Positions 26,851 to 40,852 of a stretch of DNA of 64,000 nt are shown in pieces. The first letter of the stretch is position 1. Every line of letters starts with the position of its first letter. The DNA lies in contig NC_068983.1 of the NCBI RefSeq assembly GCF_001194135.2, positions 128,498,211 through 128,562,210 of the forward strand. Reading direction: 5' to 3'. Source of the DNA: Octopus bimaculoides. Its lineage: Eukaryota. The position numbers were made by a program, and so were the translations under genes. The notes beneath the pieces are model-generated. The model saw only the letters and a program-made list of their open reading frames with translations, did no database searches and was not told the DNA's origin.

Positions 26851-27032
26851 AACAACAAACAAGATGAGGGCAAATATCCGTCAAATGTAAATAATGTAAA
26901 TAATGTACATAATTTCTCATCTCTTAAATATAGAATTTATTAAGCAAAGGCTGTTGAGATATATTTGAACCTGTTTAAAAGGCTTCTATCGTTACATTAC
27001 TGTGAAATGCATCTCGTACAGTGTTGTTGTTG

Positions 27033-27097
<65 letters not shown>
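27033..27097. repeat. (TAG)n microsatellite
   Basis: Read directly from sequence. Confidence 0.95.
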
Positions 27098-27814
27098 TAA
27101 AAAAGACAAGGTTTAACTTCGGTGGGAGAATTTAGGAAATCGTTCTAGAAAGATTCACTTGCACAAAATAGATTGTATGAGGATATTGATTGGATTAAAA
27201 TTTTAGTTAGCCGTTTAATAATAAGAATTAATTTTAAAGAAAAATAGCTGCATGGTTTGACAGATGAGTTACATCAGAATATAATACATATAATGATTAC
27301 AAAGCTATAGCTGTTTAATTTTGTGATAATTAATAATGCTGTTTAACACAGACACAACGAAATAGACTATAGGGGAAGGGATAATCGATTTGATCGATTA
27401 AAATAATTAAAACTTCACTAGTGTTACTAATAATTTGTAGCATGTTGATATGTCTTAAAATTTGAAGCAGAGGAATACCCATGCGATTGCCTCCAGTTGG
27501 ACGCCAATAAGTTTTAACTCATGTCTTCGAAAATAACCCCAATTGTTCCCCACTGGAACGATCTCACTGTTTAAATCTAGGAGGACGTATATGTGAAAGT
27601 GGCTTTTATAAGAAACGTTTAGCATAGAAAAAAGTATAAGATAAGCATTCGAAAAAAATATTAAAACAACAGAACGTGTTCCTAAATCAGAAACAAACAG
27701 TATGTCTGTGTTAATTACTAAAAAGATACATGTATTTTTAATATCTTATATAAGTTTAAAGTGCGAGCGCTTAAACAACAACGTGCATACATACATATAT
27801 ATATACATATATAT

Positions 27815-27860
<46 letters not shown>

Positions 27861-28569
27861 NNNNNNNNNNNNNNNNNNNNNNNNNNNNNNNNNNNNNNNN
27901 NNNNNNNNNNNNNNNNNNNNNNNNNNNNNNNNNNNNNNNNNNNNNNNNNNNNNNNNNNNNNNNNNNNNNNNNNNNNNNNNNNNNNNNNNNNNNNNNNNNN
28001 NNNNNNNNNNNNNNNNNNNNNNNNNNNNNNNNNNNNNNNNNNNNNNNNNNNNNNNNNNNNNNNNNNNNNNNNNNNNNNNNNNNNNNNNNNNNNNNNNNNN
28101 NNNNNNNNNNNNNNNNNNNNNNNNNNNNNNNNNNNNNNNNNNNNNNNNNNNNNNNNNNNNNNNNNNNNNNNNNNNNNNNNNNNNNNNNNNNNNNNNNNNN
28201 NNNNNNNNNNNNNNNNNNNNNNNNNNNNNNNNNNNNNNNNNNNNNNNNNNNNNNNNNNNNNNNNNNNNNNNNNNNNNNNNNNNNNNNNNNNNNNNNNNNN
28301 NNNNNNNNNNNNNNNNNNNNNNNNNNNNNNNNNNNNNNNNNNNNNNNNNNNNNNNNNNNNNNNNNNNNNNNNNNNNNNNNNNNNNNNNNNNNNNNNNNNN
28401 NNNNNNNNNNNNNNNNNNNNNNNNNNNNNNNNNNNNNNNNNNNNNNNNNNNNNNNNNNNNNNNNNNNNNNNNNNNNNNNNNNNNNNNNNNNNNNNNNNNN
28501 NNNNNNNNNNNNNNNNNNNNNNNNNNNNNNNNNNNNNNNNNNNNNNNNNNNNNNNNNNNNNNNNNNNNN

Positions 28570-29100
28570 GGAGTGGGAAGGTAGAGTAGGAGTGTGTTGG
28601 GGGTGGGTTTGGATGAGCTTATGAGGGAGGGCTGACGATTAAGGGGGAGGGGTGCCAATGAAGGGGGAAGGGGAAGGTGGATATAAGAGAGGGGGAAGGT
28701 GGGTATGGGAGGAGGGAGAAAGAGAGGAAGAGAGTAAGTGAGAGAGTAAGAGAGTAAGAGAGAAGAAAGTGAGAGAGAGAGAGAAAGAGAGAAGAGAGTG
28801 AGAGAGAGCGAGTAAGAGAGAAGAGAGTGAGAGAGAGTAAGAGAGTAAGAGAGTAAGAGAGTAAGAGAGAGGAGAGAAAGAGTAGGGTTGAAGAGAAGCA
28901 GGAGTGAAGAGAAGTAGGAGTGAAGAGAAGTAGGAGTGAAGAGAAGTAGGAGTGAAAAGAAGTGAAGAGAAGTACAGAGATGTAGGAGTCGGAGCAGGAG
29001 GAGGAGGTGGGTGGGATGAGAGGGGAGATGAGTGGTAGGAGGGAGGGCGTGAGTATAGGCAGGGGAGGGGGTAGATGAAGAGGAGAGGGGAGTTGAGCCC
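28570..29100. repeat. Purine-rich low-complexity tract with a 16-bp minisatellite (gaagagaagtaggagt, about 4 copies)
   Basis: Read directly from sequence. Units at about 28890-28955. Confidence 0.9.
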
Positions 29101-29932
29101 ACGTGGCGCAAAGAAGCGAAGAGAGAAGATTAATCCTTGTTCACGGCGCAAACGGGAGTCTGGATGGCCCCTGTGCATGGACAATCGAAACACGGACAGG
29201 TGTTGCTGCAAGGAGTATATATATACACATACACATGCACGCATACATATATCTATATATCTTATATATAAATGAGAATTTCTTTCTTTCTGTACGGCTG
29301 TCTGTTACCATCTTGCTGCCCAAACCAGGGAACCGATCTCCACCAACTTTGTTTGCATATTGAACTAACGCTCAGTTCAGTTATAAGGTTAAATGGATTT
29401 CAAGAAGAATCGATAATGGACCGACTACGGGGGGTTGGACTATCAAATAATAAACGAGAGAGGCACAAATATGTTAGGTTCAGGAAAATGTGGCGTAATG
29501 AGGGTGACTGAGATCTGGAAAGGGGAGGAGACAGGAAGAGGAAGAAACACAGGAAATATGAGAGACAGACTGAAAGAAAGACAGACAGGGGCATCTTCCA
29601 TATATATATAAAATAGAGTTTGCGCCTGTGTGTTCGTGTGTGTGTGCGTATCTTCCTTACGCCTTCGAAAACTGAGTTGCCGATTTTGACGTATGGAGTA
29701 CGAGAAAGATTCAGTAATATTACCACTACCAAATATACTTTATTTTTATTTACATATTTGCATGACAAAATATTTACATGATAAATTTTTCTATAAGTCG
29801 ATTATCGTAAACATTTTATATCACCACTACAACGACGACGACGTCACATTTTGTTTATGAGTGTATACTTTAAAAGACATCCATTTCTGCATATGTTATG
29901 ACGAATTACAGTTACTCACTCACTCACTCACT

Positions 29933-30055
29933 CATTTACTCACTCACTCACTCACTCACTCTCTCTTTCACACTCATTCGCTCACTCACTCACTCTCTCA
30001 CTCACTCACTCACTGACTCACTCACTCACTCACTCACTCACTCTCTCTCTCTCTC
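29933..30055. repeat. (CTCA)n tetranucleotide repeat
   Basis: Read directly from sequence. Confidence 0.95.
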
Positions 30056-30476
30056 TTATATACACAAGCACACATATATACAAAAAGATGTATCCATATG
30101 CATTTATGTATGTGAATATGAAATATGTGTGTGCGAGATAGAGAGAGTGACCGAGTGTCACTTACACATAGAAGACAATACAGGGTCTTCATTCACTCAT
30201 TCACTCTCTCTCTCCTTATTTGTCTTTCACACGCACATGCACACTCACACTCACGCACACCCGTCCATTTCATATACACGTACATACATCTTTCACTTTC
30301 ACCTCACTTTCACTTTCTGCTCACATCAAAGCAAACGTCGCAATTCACTTTCTCTCCTCTTTCAATTCCCGCTCTCTTCAAAGCATAAGGAAATAAAAAC
30401 AAATTACGTGAATTAACTAATTATCTTTCGAAAACCGAGTTACCGATTTTGAGGTATTGTAGTGCATTGTTGTTCA

Positions 30477-30520
<44 letters not shown>

Positions 30521-33500
30521 NNNNNNNNNNNNNNNNNNNNNNNNNNNNNNNNNNNNNNNNNNNNNNNNNNNNNNNNNNNNNNNNNNNNNNNNNNNNNNNN
30601 NNNNNNNNNNNNNNNNNNNNNNNNNNNNNNNNNNNNNNNNNNNNNNNNNNNNNNNNNNNNNNNNNNNNNNNNNNNNNNNNNNNNNNNNNNNNNNNNNNNN
30701 NNNNNNNNNNNNNNNNNNNNNNNNNNNNNNNNNNNNNNNNNNNNNNNNNNNNNNNNNNNNNNNNNNNNNNNNNNNNNNNNNNNNNNNNNNNNNNNNNNNN
30801 NNNNNNNNNNNNNNNNNNNNNNNNNNNNNNNNNNNNNNNNNNNNNNNNNNNNNNNNNNNNNNNNNNNNNNNNNNNNNNNNNNNNNNNNNNNATATATATA
30901 TACATCTCTATCTCTCTTATATATATGTATGTATGTATAATTACACACATACATTCATGATTAATGCATACATATGCAAATTCGATAGCCCCTGTTGTAC
31001 TGCCTTTGACTATATACTTGCTCGGCCAGGAATAGTGGAATACCTGGGTAAATGCAACCTCAACAACACAAACCAACAGGAACAGCAAAATTATTGCTAT
31101 ATGTTGGAGAGGAAAATTAACTGTCTTGTGCAAGAGCATTATACAGTTGAAGTATTTTCCCTCATATGAAAGGAAGTGAGCGAAATATATTCTACACAAC
31201 CGGTAATCAAGATACAATATCATTCATTGGCAACTTAGGCTGTGGTCGACATGATAATCGTAGTGTCGTATATTAGCAATATATCTATAGAAACTACCAT
31301 AGTTTCTGTGTTGAGTCCAACCATATATTGAACTGACTCATAGTATACTTAGATGTTTTGTGTTGTTGAGTTATAATTGTTTTGGCAAACTCTGCGAAAC
31401 TCTCATGTAAAAGCAGTATAACTGAAAAGTCAAAACATGTGCTTTGCAGCCACGGGTTATGCATTTCAATCGCACCTAGTACCATCTTGGGCAACTGTTT
31501 TTTCTATAACCTCCTCGACCTTTACGATGTGTAGAAACCCATCTCATTGATTGATCTTTTAATTCAAACGTCCAGACGTGACAAATTTCATTACGTTGAT
31601 TCCATCGGGCAATTACATCGATGTTAGACACGTATATGGAATACTCAACCATTTACATGCTAAATGAATTATTATAGCCTGCCAGTTGTCCGGACAGCTG
31701 AAAATACATGATCAAGATGCATTGATATCTCATAACTGAGTATGTTTGCTGGGATGTAAAGGCACCATTAATAAATTGTGTTCGGGCGTCTGTTTTAAAA
31801 TATACACAAGAATATTCTGTAAACTCTTATGATCTTAGTTTAAAGAATGATATGCATACAAATATACATTGACCAATGTATACTTAAACCAAAGCAACTG
31901 GCCTATGCAAATGAAAAGTTCTCTAAAGCTGCCTTCATCGCATACGATGCTTTGAAACACCGACTTTGCTTTTTCGTAGGACAAGAACAACGAAATAAAT
32001 AAATAAATAAATAAAATGCATAAAAATGTATCCAAACTATAGAAGTAAAATTCCCTAGGAACATTACGTGAGAGTCACATATGCTTCATGCTGGATAAAA
32101 GTATGCAGAACAGTAAAAATAATGACCAAAACAAAAATAAATCAGAAACTATGTTGAAATGGAACAACAGGTATGTTAACTTCTTTCTTCTTTCTATCCC
32201 CCATTCTCTCTTTTTATATATATAAATACATCTTTACATGCATACATACAACCACATGTACGCACACAAACACATAAAATGCATACATATATTGTCATAC
32301 TAAAAGCACAGTATCTTTGAATTTGTAATTTTCCCCTGACTAACGCAAACGGTAAGATTCCTTCATATTTTACAAAATTGCCAGACATATTTTTGCAGCT
32401 GAGGTCATGTGTATAAGAAAAGTCACTGAATAGTCTTTGTTTTAGCTACGTCTCTTTTAGTAATTCTTTCATTTTGTTCAATGTATTTTCATTCTATATT
32501 GTTTGAGCTTAAAATTTATTTATTTCAATGTTAAATATTTTTTCTAATTTTGGTTTTAAAATATTTCTTTCATTTTTCACGCTTTTTTCCATTTAAGGTC
32601 TGTCAATTGTTAATAATTCAAATATAGTTTTATAAAATTTTGATATGTTCAAACAGTATAAGTTCTTGAAAACATTTACTTTACGATGGTGTACTTATTT
32701 TGAAACTCCGCTTTCAAATTGTGGTGAATTAGAATGGGAGCTGAGATAGTGCTCAAGACTACTCGCTAGTAGCAGAATCTGGCAACGTGGTGTTAAACAT
32801 AAGAAGTTTCGAATCTCTAAATTTATGTAGACTGTTCAGAGTAATACAGAAATATATAACATGAATGACGTGCCACCTTAGCAAATCGATATTGCAGTGG
32901 GCATTTTTATTACATTTAGCCACTACGGCACTTTTATATTCTAGCATCGCTTTTAACGAATACCAAATATCTTGTGTACAATTTTATAAATAATCTTTTT
33001 TGTGGCGAACAAAATATCTGACATATGAAACATTATGAATTAAATATTTTATTTAAACAACTTGCAGAAACCAAATTTAAGAACCAATGGCCGTAATACA
33101 ATTAGCTCTAAGAGAATAGCATTGTGAGCGTTTTCTTTAATATTTTAATATTCTTATTACATCGCTGATTCATAGTTTGAATCTGATCCTTGAACTGTAA
33201 GCTCCAATAAATGAATCCTGCGCGTGATTCGCTTTTATTCATCAACTCCAATCAAGCCCTATTTTCGTTCAGTGAAGAATATTGCTTCTGTTTTTTTTTT
33301 AAAGAAAGGTTAAGACCCAGTAGAATTGGCAATTAATTCACAAAACGACATAAGAGGATATAAAAAAAAAAGCAAACTCCAGGAGTATCGATGTGATAAA
33401 ATTTCTAAATATTGAAAGCTATGAAGTCATTCTTTAATGTCAAGTTTATATACTTAGATGAATCTATAGATGAAAGAAGCCAACCAAGCATCAATGAAGC

Positions 33501-33999
33501 TAATGATACAGCATAAATAGGGTGGGGAAGCTCTTTCTGGCAATCATCCACCACTGTTGACATTTTTCTTGTTCATGAGGATCATATTGTTGAACATGAA
33601 TGTACTTCGGTACAAAAACAAACGGAGCCGCGATATGATAACAAGTAAAAAAAAAATAAATAAATAAATCACTTCAGTTATTTCAAAAAAGTACAGTAAC
33701 CTCACAAACTACCATATAACAGTTGAAAATGGTTTCATAAAGTATTGTTTAATGCAAGAAATCGATATTTTAAATTTAAAAAGAGAAATGAACCACATAT
33801 GATGTATATAGCAAATATAGTAGGGTTTACAAGGAACCAAAGAGATGTTTCTCAAATAAAAATAAATAAATACGATAGCCAAACTACCATAAATAAATAA
33901 GATGGCCAAAAATAACATGAAATTCTACATTATTTACATTATTTTCATTTGACGGATATTTTTCCTCATCAACAAAATAAAAAATGTCTTGAGGGAACA

Positions 34000-35250
34000 T
34001 TAGATTTCAGTTGGAGTTAACCGTGGTCAATTTTTTCAAAAAATTATCGAAAACACAGGGGTTAGAGAAAACTCTACCAGCAACCACGAGGAACATTATC
34101 TTGTACGAAAGCTATGCATCCATGTGTAGTTCTAAACTCAACCTTGTTGGGGAAATGCAGTCAAAACTATTCTTGAAATTGTTGAATATTTTGTCTTTTA
34201 GGAGGAGCTGTAAGATTTGTTTATGAGACTACCACTAAGATGGGGTATTTTAAACATACAATGCAATGTAGAATTTTCACTGAATGCCTTAAGTTGCAAC
34301 TAGAGTATCTGCATCTTATGTATATTAGAACAATTCAAAATGGATATTATTGTATTTAACAATCTCTGAAACATATTTTCGAAAACTCAGAGAAGAAACA
34401 TGAGAGTAAAGAAATTTAAAATGTTACGCATCAAAGTGGTAAAGCAAGAATATGTTCTTCAATATTTGGAAGGAAGAGTTGGCGCAATTTAAGGAAACAC
34501 GTAATACGTTTCAAAGCTGGGGTTTTGATATATCTGAAGGTCATTTTCTGCTACCGACTTTATTGTCTTTTCCTCAATATCTCCGAAAAAATTCAAGGTA
34601 CACTGAATCAATAGCAAAATATTTATGTGAAGAGATTCACTGAAGTTATTCTGATGCGTTGCTTCCAATCTGTCACAAGTAGTAGTATGTGTTTGAGAGG
34701 AACTGAACACTTTAGAACAGACGCCTTAAAGCAGCTGATCGATAATCCAATTACATAAGATGATTAACCCTTATCAGTGGATTGTAGAAAGATTCAATTG
34801 CTCTCAGAAGTAGTGAATAATTCTGAAATTGATGCGGTCAGTATTTAATGTATAGTATCTTATAAATTTAATATTGACCACGAATAAATAAGTGAACGCT
34901 ATAAGATAAGAGTATACTTGCATATCGGGAAGTCCAGAGCACATAAACATGACCTTCAAAATGCAATACACAGAAATTATGATTTGCGAAGAAAAAGTAA
35001 GTGAGATGTTTCCTAACGTTACTAGCATTCATAAGCTCAATTTGAGAATAATTTGTCATGAGCTGTGAAGTAAAAGGGGATTCCTCAAAACGATGCTTTA
35101 TAAAGAATAAATTTCGGTCCGAAATGAGTGAAGAACACTTAAATCGTTTATCTATATCATATCTAGAAAATAATGTTGCACGGAGGCTAGCATATGACCA
35201 AGTTTTTTCTGTGAATAAGGTGTTATGAAACGAAAGTATGCTTTGTATAA
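34000..35250 (+). mobile_element. Decayed hAT transposase (ZMYM1-like type), C-terminal half
   Basis: Plus frames give MFFNIWKEELAQFKETRNTFQSWGFDIS and EMFPNV...SCE...SK..FIKNKFRSEMSEEHLNRLSISYLENNVARRLAYDQV, matching the hAT C-terminal dimerisation-domain pattern. Confidence 0.7.
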
Positions 35251-36183
35251 TGCAATTCATATAATATGTTTTCATGTATCTGCTTAAAATGAAACGTATT
35301 AACTCCGACCTAGTATGGAACATCCATGCATATAAATACTATAAATACCAACTTGAAAACCATGTTAAATGAACTTCTTATTCTCATCAGTATTTTTAAC
35401 ATGTGAGGTTACTCTGTACAGCAATGAATTAAAAAATGGGTCCTTCTGATTAAGTTTATTTTAAAATTGTAGCGATATGTCATGGAACAAAACTCACTGA
35501 AGAAGTGGTTCCCCTCAGCTCATTGCTGGCAGGGAAGAGTTCAGTGTAAGGCCCATTAGAAAGGACTTCACTTCAGTACGTGTTTAACTGCCTTTCGGAC
35601 CTCAAGATACTTTTTCCGGATGACAAAGCATTGCAGAAATTCTTTTATAGAGTGAGATGGTTGATTCTGCAAAGGGACCTAATAACGAGTCAAGATTTAT
35701 AGCTGCCAAAACTGTAGGTCGGCCGCTGCATACATAGTCATATATACGTAAGTACATACATACATATTTATGCCTCAGGCGCATGCATAGTTGTGTGGTT
35801 AAGATGATTCATTCTGAACNNNNNNNNNNNNNNNNNNNNNNNNNNNNNNNNNNNNNNNNNNNNNNNNNNNNNNNNNNNNNNNNNNNNNNNNNNNNNNNNN
35901 NNNNNNNNNNNNNNNNNNNNNNNNNNNNNNNNNNNNNNNNNNNNNNNNNNNNNNNNNNNNNNNNNNNNNNNNNNNNNNNNNNNNNNNNNNNNNNNNNNNN
36001 NNNNNNNNNNNNNNNNNNNNNNNNNNNNNNNNNNNNNNNNNNNNNNNNNNNNNNNNNNNNNNNNNNNNNNNNNNNNNNNNNNNNNNNNNNNNNNNNNNNN
36101 NNNNNNNNNNNNNNNNNNNNNNNNNNNNNNNNNNNNNNNNNNNNNNNNNNNNNNNNNNNNNNNNNNNNNNNNNNNNNNNNNNN

Positions 36184-36223
<40 letters not shown>

Positions 36224-37760
36224 TATATAAACTCGTATACATATACGTGTATGTATTAGTGTTTTTGTGTCTCTTTGTCTTGATATTTAGTGTTAGTTGT
36301 AAATGTATATCTTTAGCGTAAACAAGTGTTGTTCATTTCCAAAGTTCTGTAAGAGTGTGCCTGGTTTGAAACAGAAGAATGTTGATTTGAAGACTGGTAT
36401 CCGTTTGTAGAATACGTACCTCAATAGAGTATGTCCGACTCCTGCAAGTGGGGAAAGCGTACATTAAAACGATGGTATACACCCCCACACATACACACAG
36501 TATGCGTGCACACACATATACACACATGCACCTCTATATACATTCTCAGAAATCATGAAGTCTCCCGTTCGACTACATTGATATATATATTTAATACATT
36601 ATTCAAACAAATTGCATTCCGGTGTGTCTCGGTTTATAAAGATGCATATACTGCGGCAAAAGCACTTTCAATTCAATAGTGTAGAACGTCTTTAGGTACA
36701 TGTGTTAGGTTTAAATCAATTTAATTTTTAGTATTGGTCATTATTCTTAGTTCAAATTATGATAAAGGTTGCTTCACTACTTACAGCTTTACAAGTAAAT
36801 TTTTCAGAGTTCTGACATTGATTTTACTTTGAACAGATATAAAACTTTTGGCCGAGAGGTAGAATCTATATTTCCTGTTCAGATTTGTACATTAACCAAT
36901 CGGCTATTACAACGCTTTTATCGTTTTCCATAAGAAAACATGTGTGTTATTTCTGCAACGAAGTAAGCAGATAAGAGTATTATACATCATTTACCAAAAT
37001 AAACTTCATTCTCTGCTTCTGCATCCCATGGATGCAGCTTTGAGAACATCTTTAAATTGCAAGAAAATACATAAATCAACACATTAATGTGGCTAATCTA
37101 CAGTATCCCAGCAGATTCCTACAGGTTGCTTGACAACTTACTGTTTGAAGATTCTTTATTTGGTCAGCAATAGAAATCCATAAATGTGTTATATAAACTC
37201 TATGGGGGCAGGAAGGAATGATGGTTCAAAGCGGATAACATCACGTGCATAAGAAAACAACGCGAATTACATTAGAGAAGGTAGATATAGTTTAAAGGAA
37301 TGGTTACTATATCTTGTCGCTTTATACACTGTGTTCAAAGCCCATATGTGTCGTTTATTTTCCTTTCACACATACAGGGTCACTTAAATTAAAACAAATC
37401 AAATATCTGAATAGGTACTCGACGCTGAACTTTTCCACCAAGTGTTTCGATGTAATCATTTATTAGTAATAATTATTGAAATGATAATAATAGGGCACTG
37501 GTTTCACAGGATTAAGTGTATCGGCTACATAACCTTAGATTGTAATAGTTCCCTAGATGTCTTAAACAGGAATATATAATATACAATACAAGCATACATG
37601 CACACATATACGTACACACACACATAGGCATATATATATATATCTACACACGCAAAGTNNNNNNNNNNNNNNNNNNNNNNNNNNNNNNNNNNNNNNNNNN
37701 NNNNNNNNNNNNNNNNNNNNNNNNNNNNNNNNNNNNNNNNNNNNNNNNNNNNNNNNNNNN

Positions 37761-37793
<33 letters not shown>

Positions 37794-38204
37794 TGTCTGT
37801 GTGTGTATGTGTATACACACACGTGTATATATATATATATTTATATGTATATAATGAAAATAAATTCACTCATGTAATCACATCATACAAACATTTATAC
37901 ACTTATATAGATAAACATACGCACAAATACATATAAATGTATATATATACATATGTATACATGTATACAAACATATGTATATATTCATGTACATATATGT
38001 ATGTTTACATGTATATATACGTGTATATACACATGTATGTATACATGTATATATGCATGAGTATATATGTATTTTTATATATGTATGCGTATATACTTAT
38101 GTATATATACATATGTATGCATGTGCATATGTTCGTACATACGTACGTACGTGCATACATACATGCTTACATACATACCTGCATATACATATATATTTTA
38201 TTAA

Positions 38205-38400
38205 ATCTTTTATCTTCTACTTGGTAGTCTTGCTGGGACACCTTGAAGATTTTAATCGAACGAATCAACTTAGAACTTAATTACTTGTTACAGCCTGGTA
38301 CTCATTCTATTGGTCCCTTTTACCGAACCTCTTTACGTGGACGTAAACACACTAACAGTTGTTTAGCACTTGTGGTGGACAAAACCAAGCACAAAGACAT
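38205..38400 (-). mobile_element. SINE family B 3' half
   Basis: cctggtactcattctattggtcccttttaccgaacc...aaacacactaac matches the 18.9 kb copy. Confidence 0.7.
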
Positions 38401-38472
38401 ACATATAATATAATATATTATATACAAACTATGCTATTTTATGATGCCGAGCAACAATGCCGGGTATATCCG

Positions 38473-38528
<56 letters not shown>

Positions 38529-38710
38529 NNNNNNNNNNNNNNNNNNNNNNNNNNNNNNNNNNNNNNNNNNNNNNNNNNNNNNNNNNNNNNNNNNNNNNNN
38601 NNNNNNNNNNNNNNNNNNNNNNNNNNNNNNNNNNNNNNNNNNNNNNNNNNNNNNNNNNNNNNNNNNNNNNNNNNNNNNNNNNNNNNNNNNNNNNNNNNNN
38701 NNNNNNNNNN

Positions 38711-38748
<38 letters not shown>

Positions 38749-38789
38749 CTTTCGGTTCCTCCACTACCACTTTCAGGGCCTTTTTTTCC

Positions 38790-39660
38790 ATATTATACTC
38801 CCTGTATTTTTGTTCGTTTTAAGCTCCTAATTTTCTTTTGTTACTCGCATTATATTTCTTTTTCTTGGCATCTACACCCACATTTTCTGCTACAACAATA
38901 CTTGCTGCTCTGATCAAATTATTTGTTTCTGTGATGTTTTTGGTTCTGGTGTATTTCAGAATTTCCTTCACATTTTTCATTACTTGATACTGCTTCCAAC
39001 GACCAACCATTTTAAGGTTGCAAACAATGTTGCTATCTTTCTCCTATAGCCTTACCTTTAATTGGTCGTAGATTGCCCTTTGCCCATCTGTCATGTCACC
39101 ATTAGTCTTATTGTCTTCTTCGAAACCATCTATATGTCTCTCATCGAGTAAGCTATCGCTGTTCCTTTCCTTTGTTTTATTTGTGATTTCACCTCTGCTT
39201 TCTTCTATGAGATCACTTTTATCAGTAAGAACTGTATTTTCATCGTTTCCTCTGCTGCTGTTTTCCAATACCGGTCGTTTGATAGCTTCGAGCTCTACTT
39301 CTGTGAACAAACAATTTTTTCTTATTACTCTAGGTTGATCACATAATCTCTGAGTTGACACGATTCTCTTTTTCTCCATTGATCATACATACGTTGTTGG
39401 TATCCCATAAGATGAACACTATCTTCGCCTACAGGTTTGCTCAGGCAGAAACATTCCATGACCACAACATTGATTTGTTTGTTTCGTCTACGCTGTGTTT
39501 TCTGGCCGCTGGCTGGATACCGACACACTGGCGGCGGACCAATGTCTCTGAGCCTGTCGGGTGCAACACTGTCATCTTCAAAGGCTTCAGTTTCATTACC
39601 ACCGTTTTTCGCAATATTCATTGTCACTCATATGAGTTAGTGATTATCAGGTAGTGCAAT
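38790..39660 (-). mobile_element. R4/Dong-like 5' region (N-terminal ORF), same family as 60.1-61.4 kb
   Basis: NKQINVVVMECFCLSKP...GYQQRMYDQW and [24 protein letters not shown]. Nucleotide similarity to 60200-60960. Confidence 0.85.
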
Positions 39661-39686
39661 TACCAGTGTTTTTATCATGAAACCAT

Positions 39687-39858
<172 letters not shown>

Positions 39859-39859
39859 A

Positions 39860-40740
39860 TTTTTTATCATGGTCTTCTTTCAACTATGTTTCCATTTCCT
39901 GCAGTGTGTCTTCCAGTAACTTAGGGCAGAAACGCTTATTGTATACTCTAAAATAAGTCATTAAAATAAACACATTAGATTCTTCATTTACAAAATGAGG
40001 TGATTCAAAAAGGGTGGGGGGAGAATGACAGAGAGAAAAAAACGAAAAAATAAAAGGAATTCCTCTTCTCAATAATGCTCTTCTCAGTACGTGTGGCGTG
40101 GAAGTTAAAGCAATCTTTTGCATTTCCTGCATAGATAGCAAGCCAAGGATCATGCTAAAATAATTTCAGTTCCTTTTTTGATCATTCTTCGTACATTCAA
40201 TGGTAATGTAACTGTCTTGAGATGCCACATCTTTTCGATTTCGATTAGTACTCCATTAGGGTGGTATAATTTGAGATTCGTATTTCACACTGACATGTTC
40301 TGCTTCAGAAAATTTGAAAACATGGGCGAAAGTTTGAAGATGTCCAGCGATTTCAACATCCATGAATGGGGTATGCTGCCAAAAACATTTTTATAATCAA
40401 TCCATACGGAACTGAGATTTCTGCGCGTGTTATGACAGTTCTCATGTAGCATGCGATTGATTAAGAGTTGGTATTTGCATGCATATGCACCTTCGTCGAC
40501 ACACTATTTGTTCAATGAGGAAAATACCATTCTGCTCCATAAATTTGAATCTTTTCTCTACGAGGATGGATCTTAAAATATTGTCCGTGGTAGACGGACA
40601 TGTTTTGGAGAAATTTGGTTTCATAATTCTTCGAGATTAGATAAGTAATGCCGCTTGCTAATCAGTCAGGTGTTTTTATAGGATCTCTTAGCAGCTGCGT
40701 AAATGATTTCGTTTAACTCAGTGAGATCTAGCTTTAGTTC
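39860..40740 (-). mobile_element. Internally deleted R4/Dong-like element with 3' UTR
   Basis: Minus strand gives LTELNEIIYAAA, YQLLINRMLHENC...SVWIDYKNVFGSIPHSWMLKSL, then a jump to IEIEKMWHLKTVT...MQKIALTSTPHVLRRAL*. Confidence 0.8.
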
Positions 40741-40852
40741 TTTCATGATTTATTTTGTTACATAGTTGACAATTTGAATTCATTTTCTATTTTCGATTGT
40801 ATTTAATTAAGAGTTAATAAGTTGGTTCTATATCATGCATATTGGTATATTG

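Larger units (their letters stand above)
26377..26939. mobile_element. Penelope-like terminal-repeat derivative: inverted pair with hammerhead motifs, (TAA)n and a tRNA-like head
   Basis: Minus arm 26381-26520 and plus arm 26755-26935 are reverse complements. Near-TSD ttaagcaa(g/a)gg at 26366-26376 and 26940-26950. An 11-N gap lies at the centre. Confidence 0.75.
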
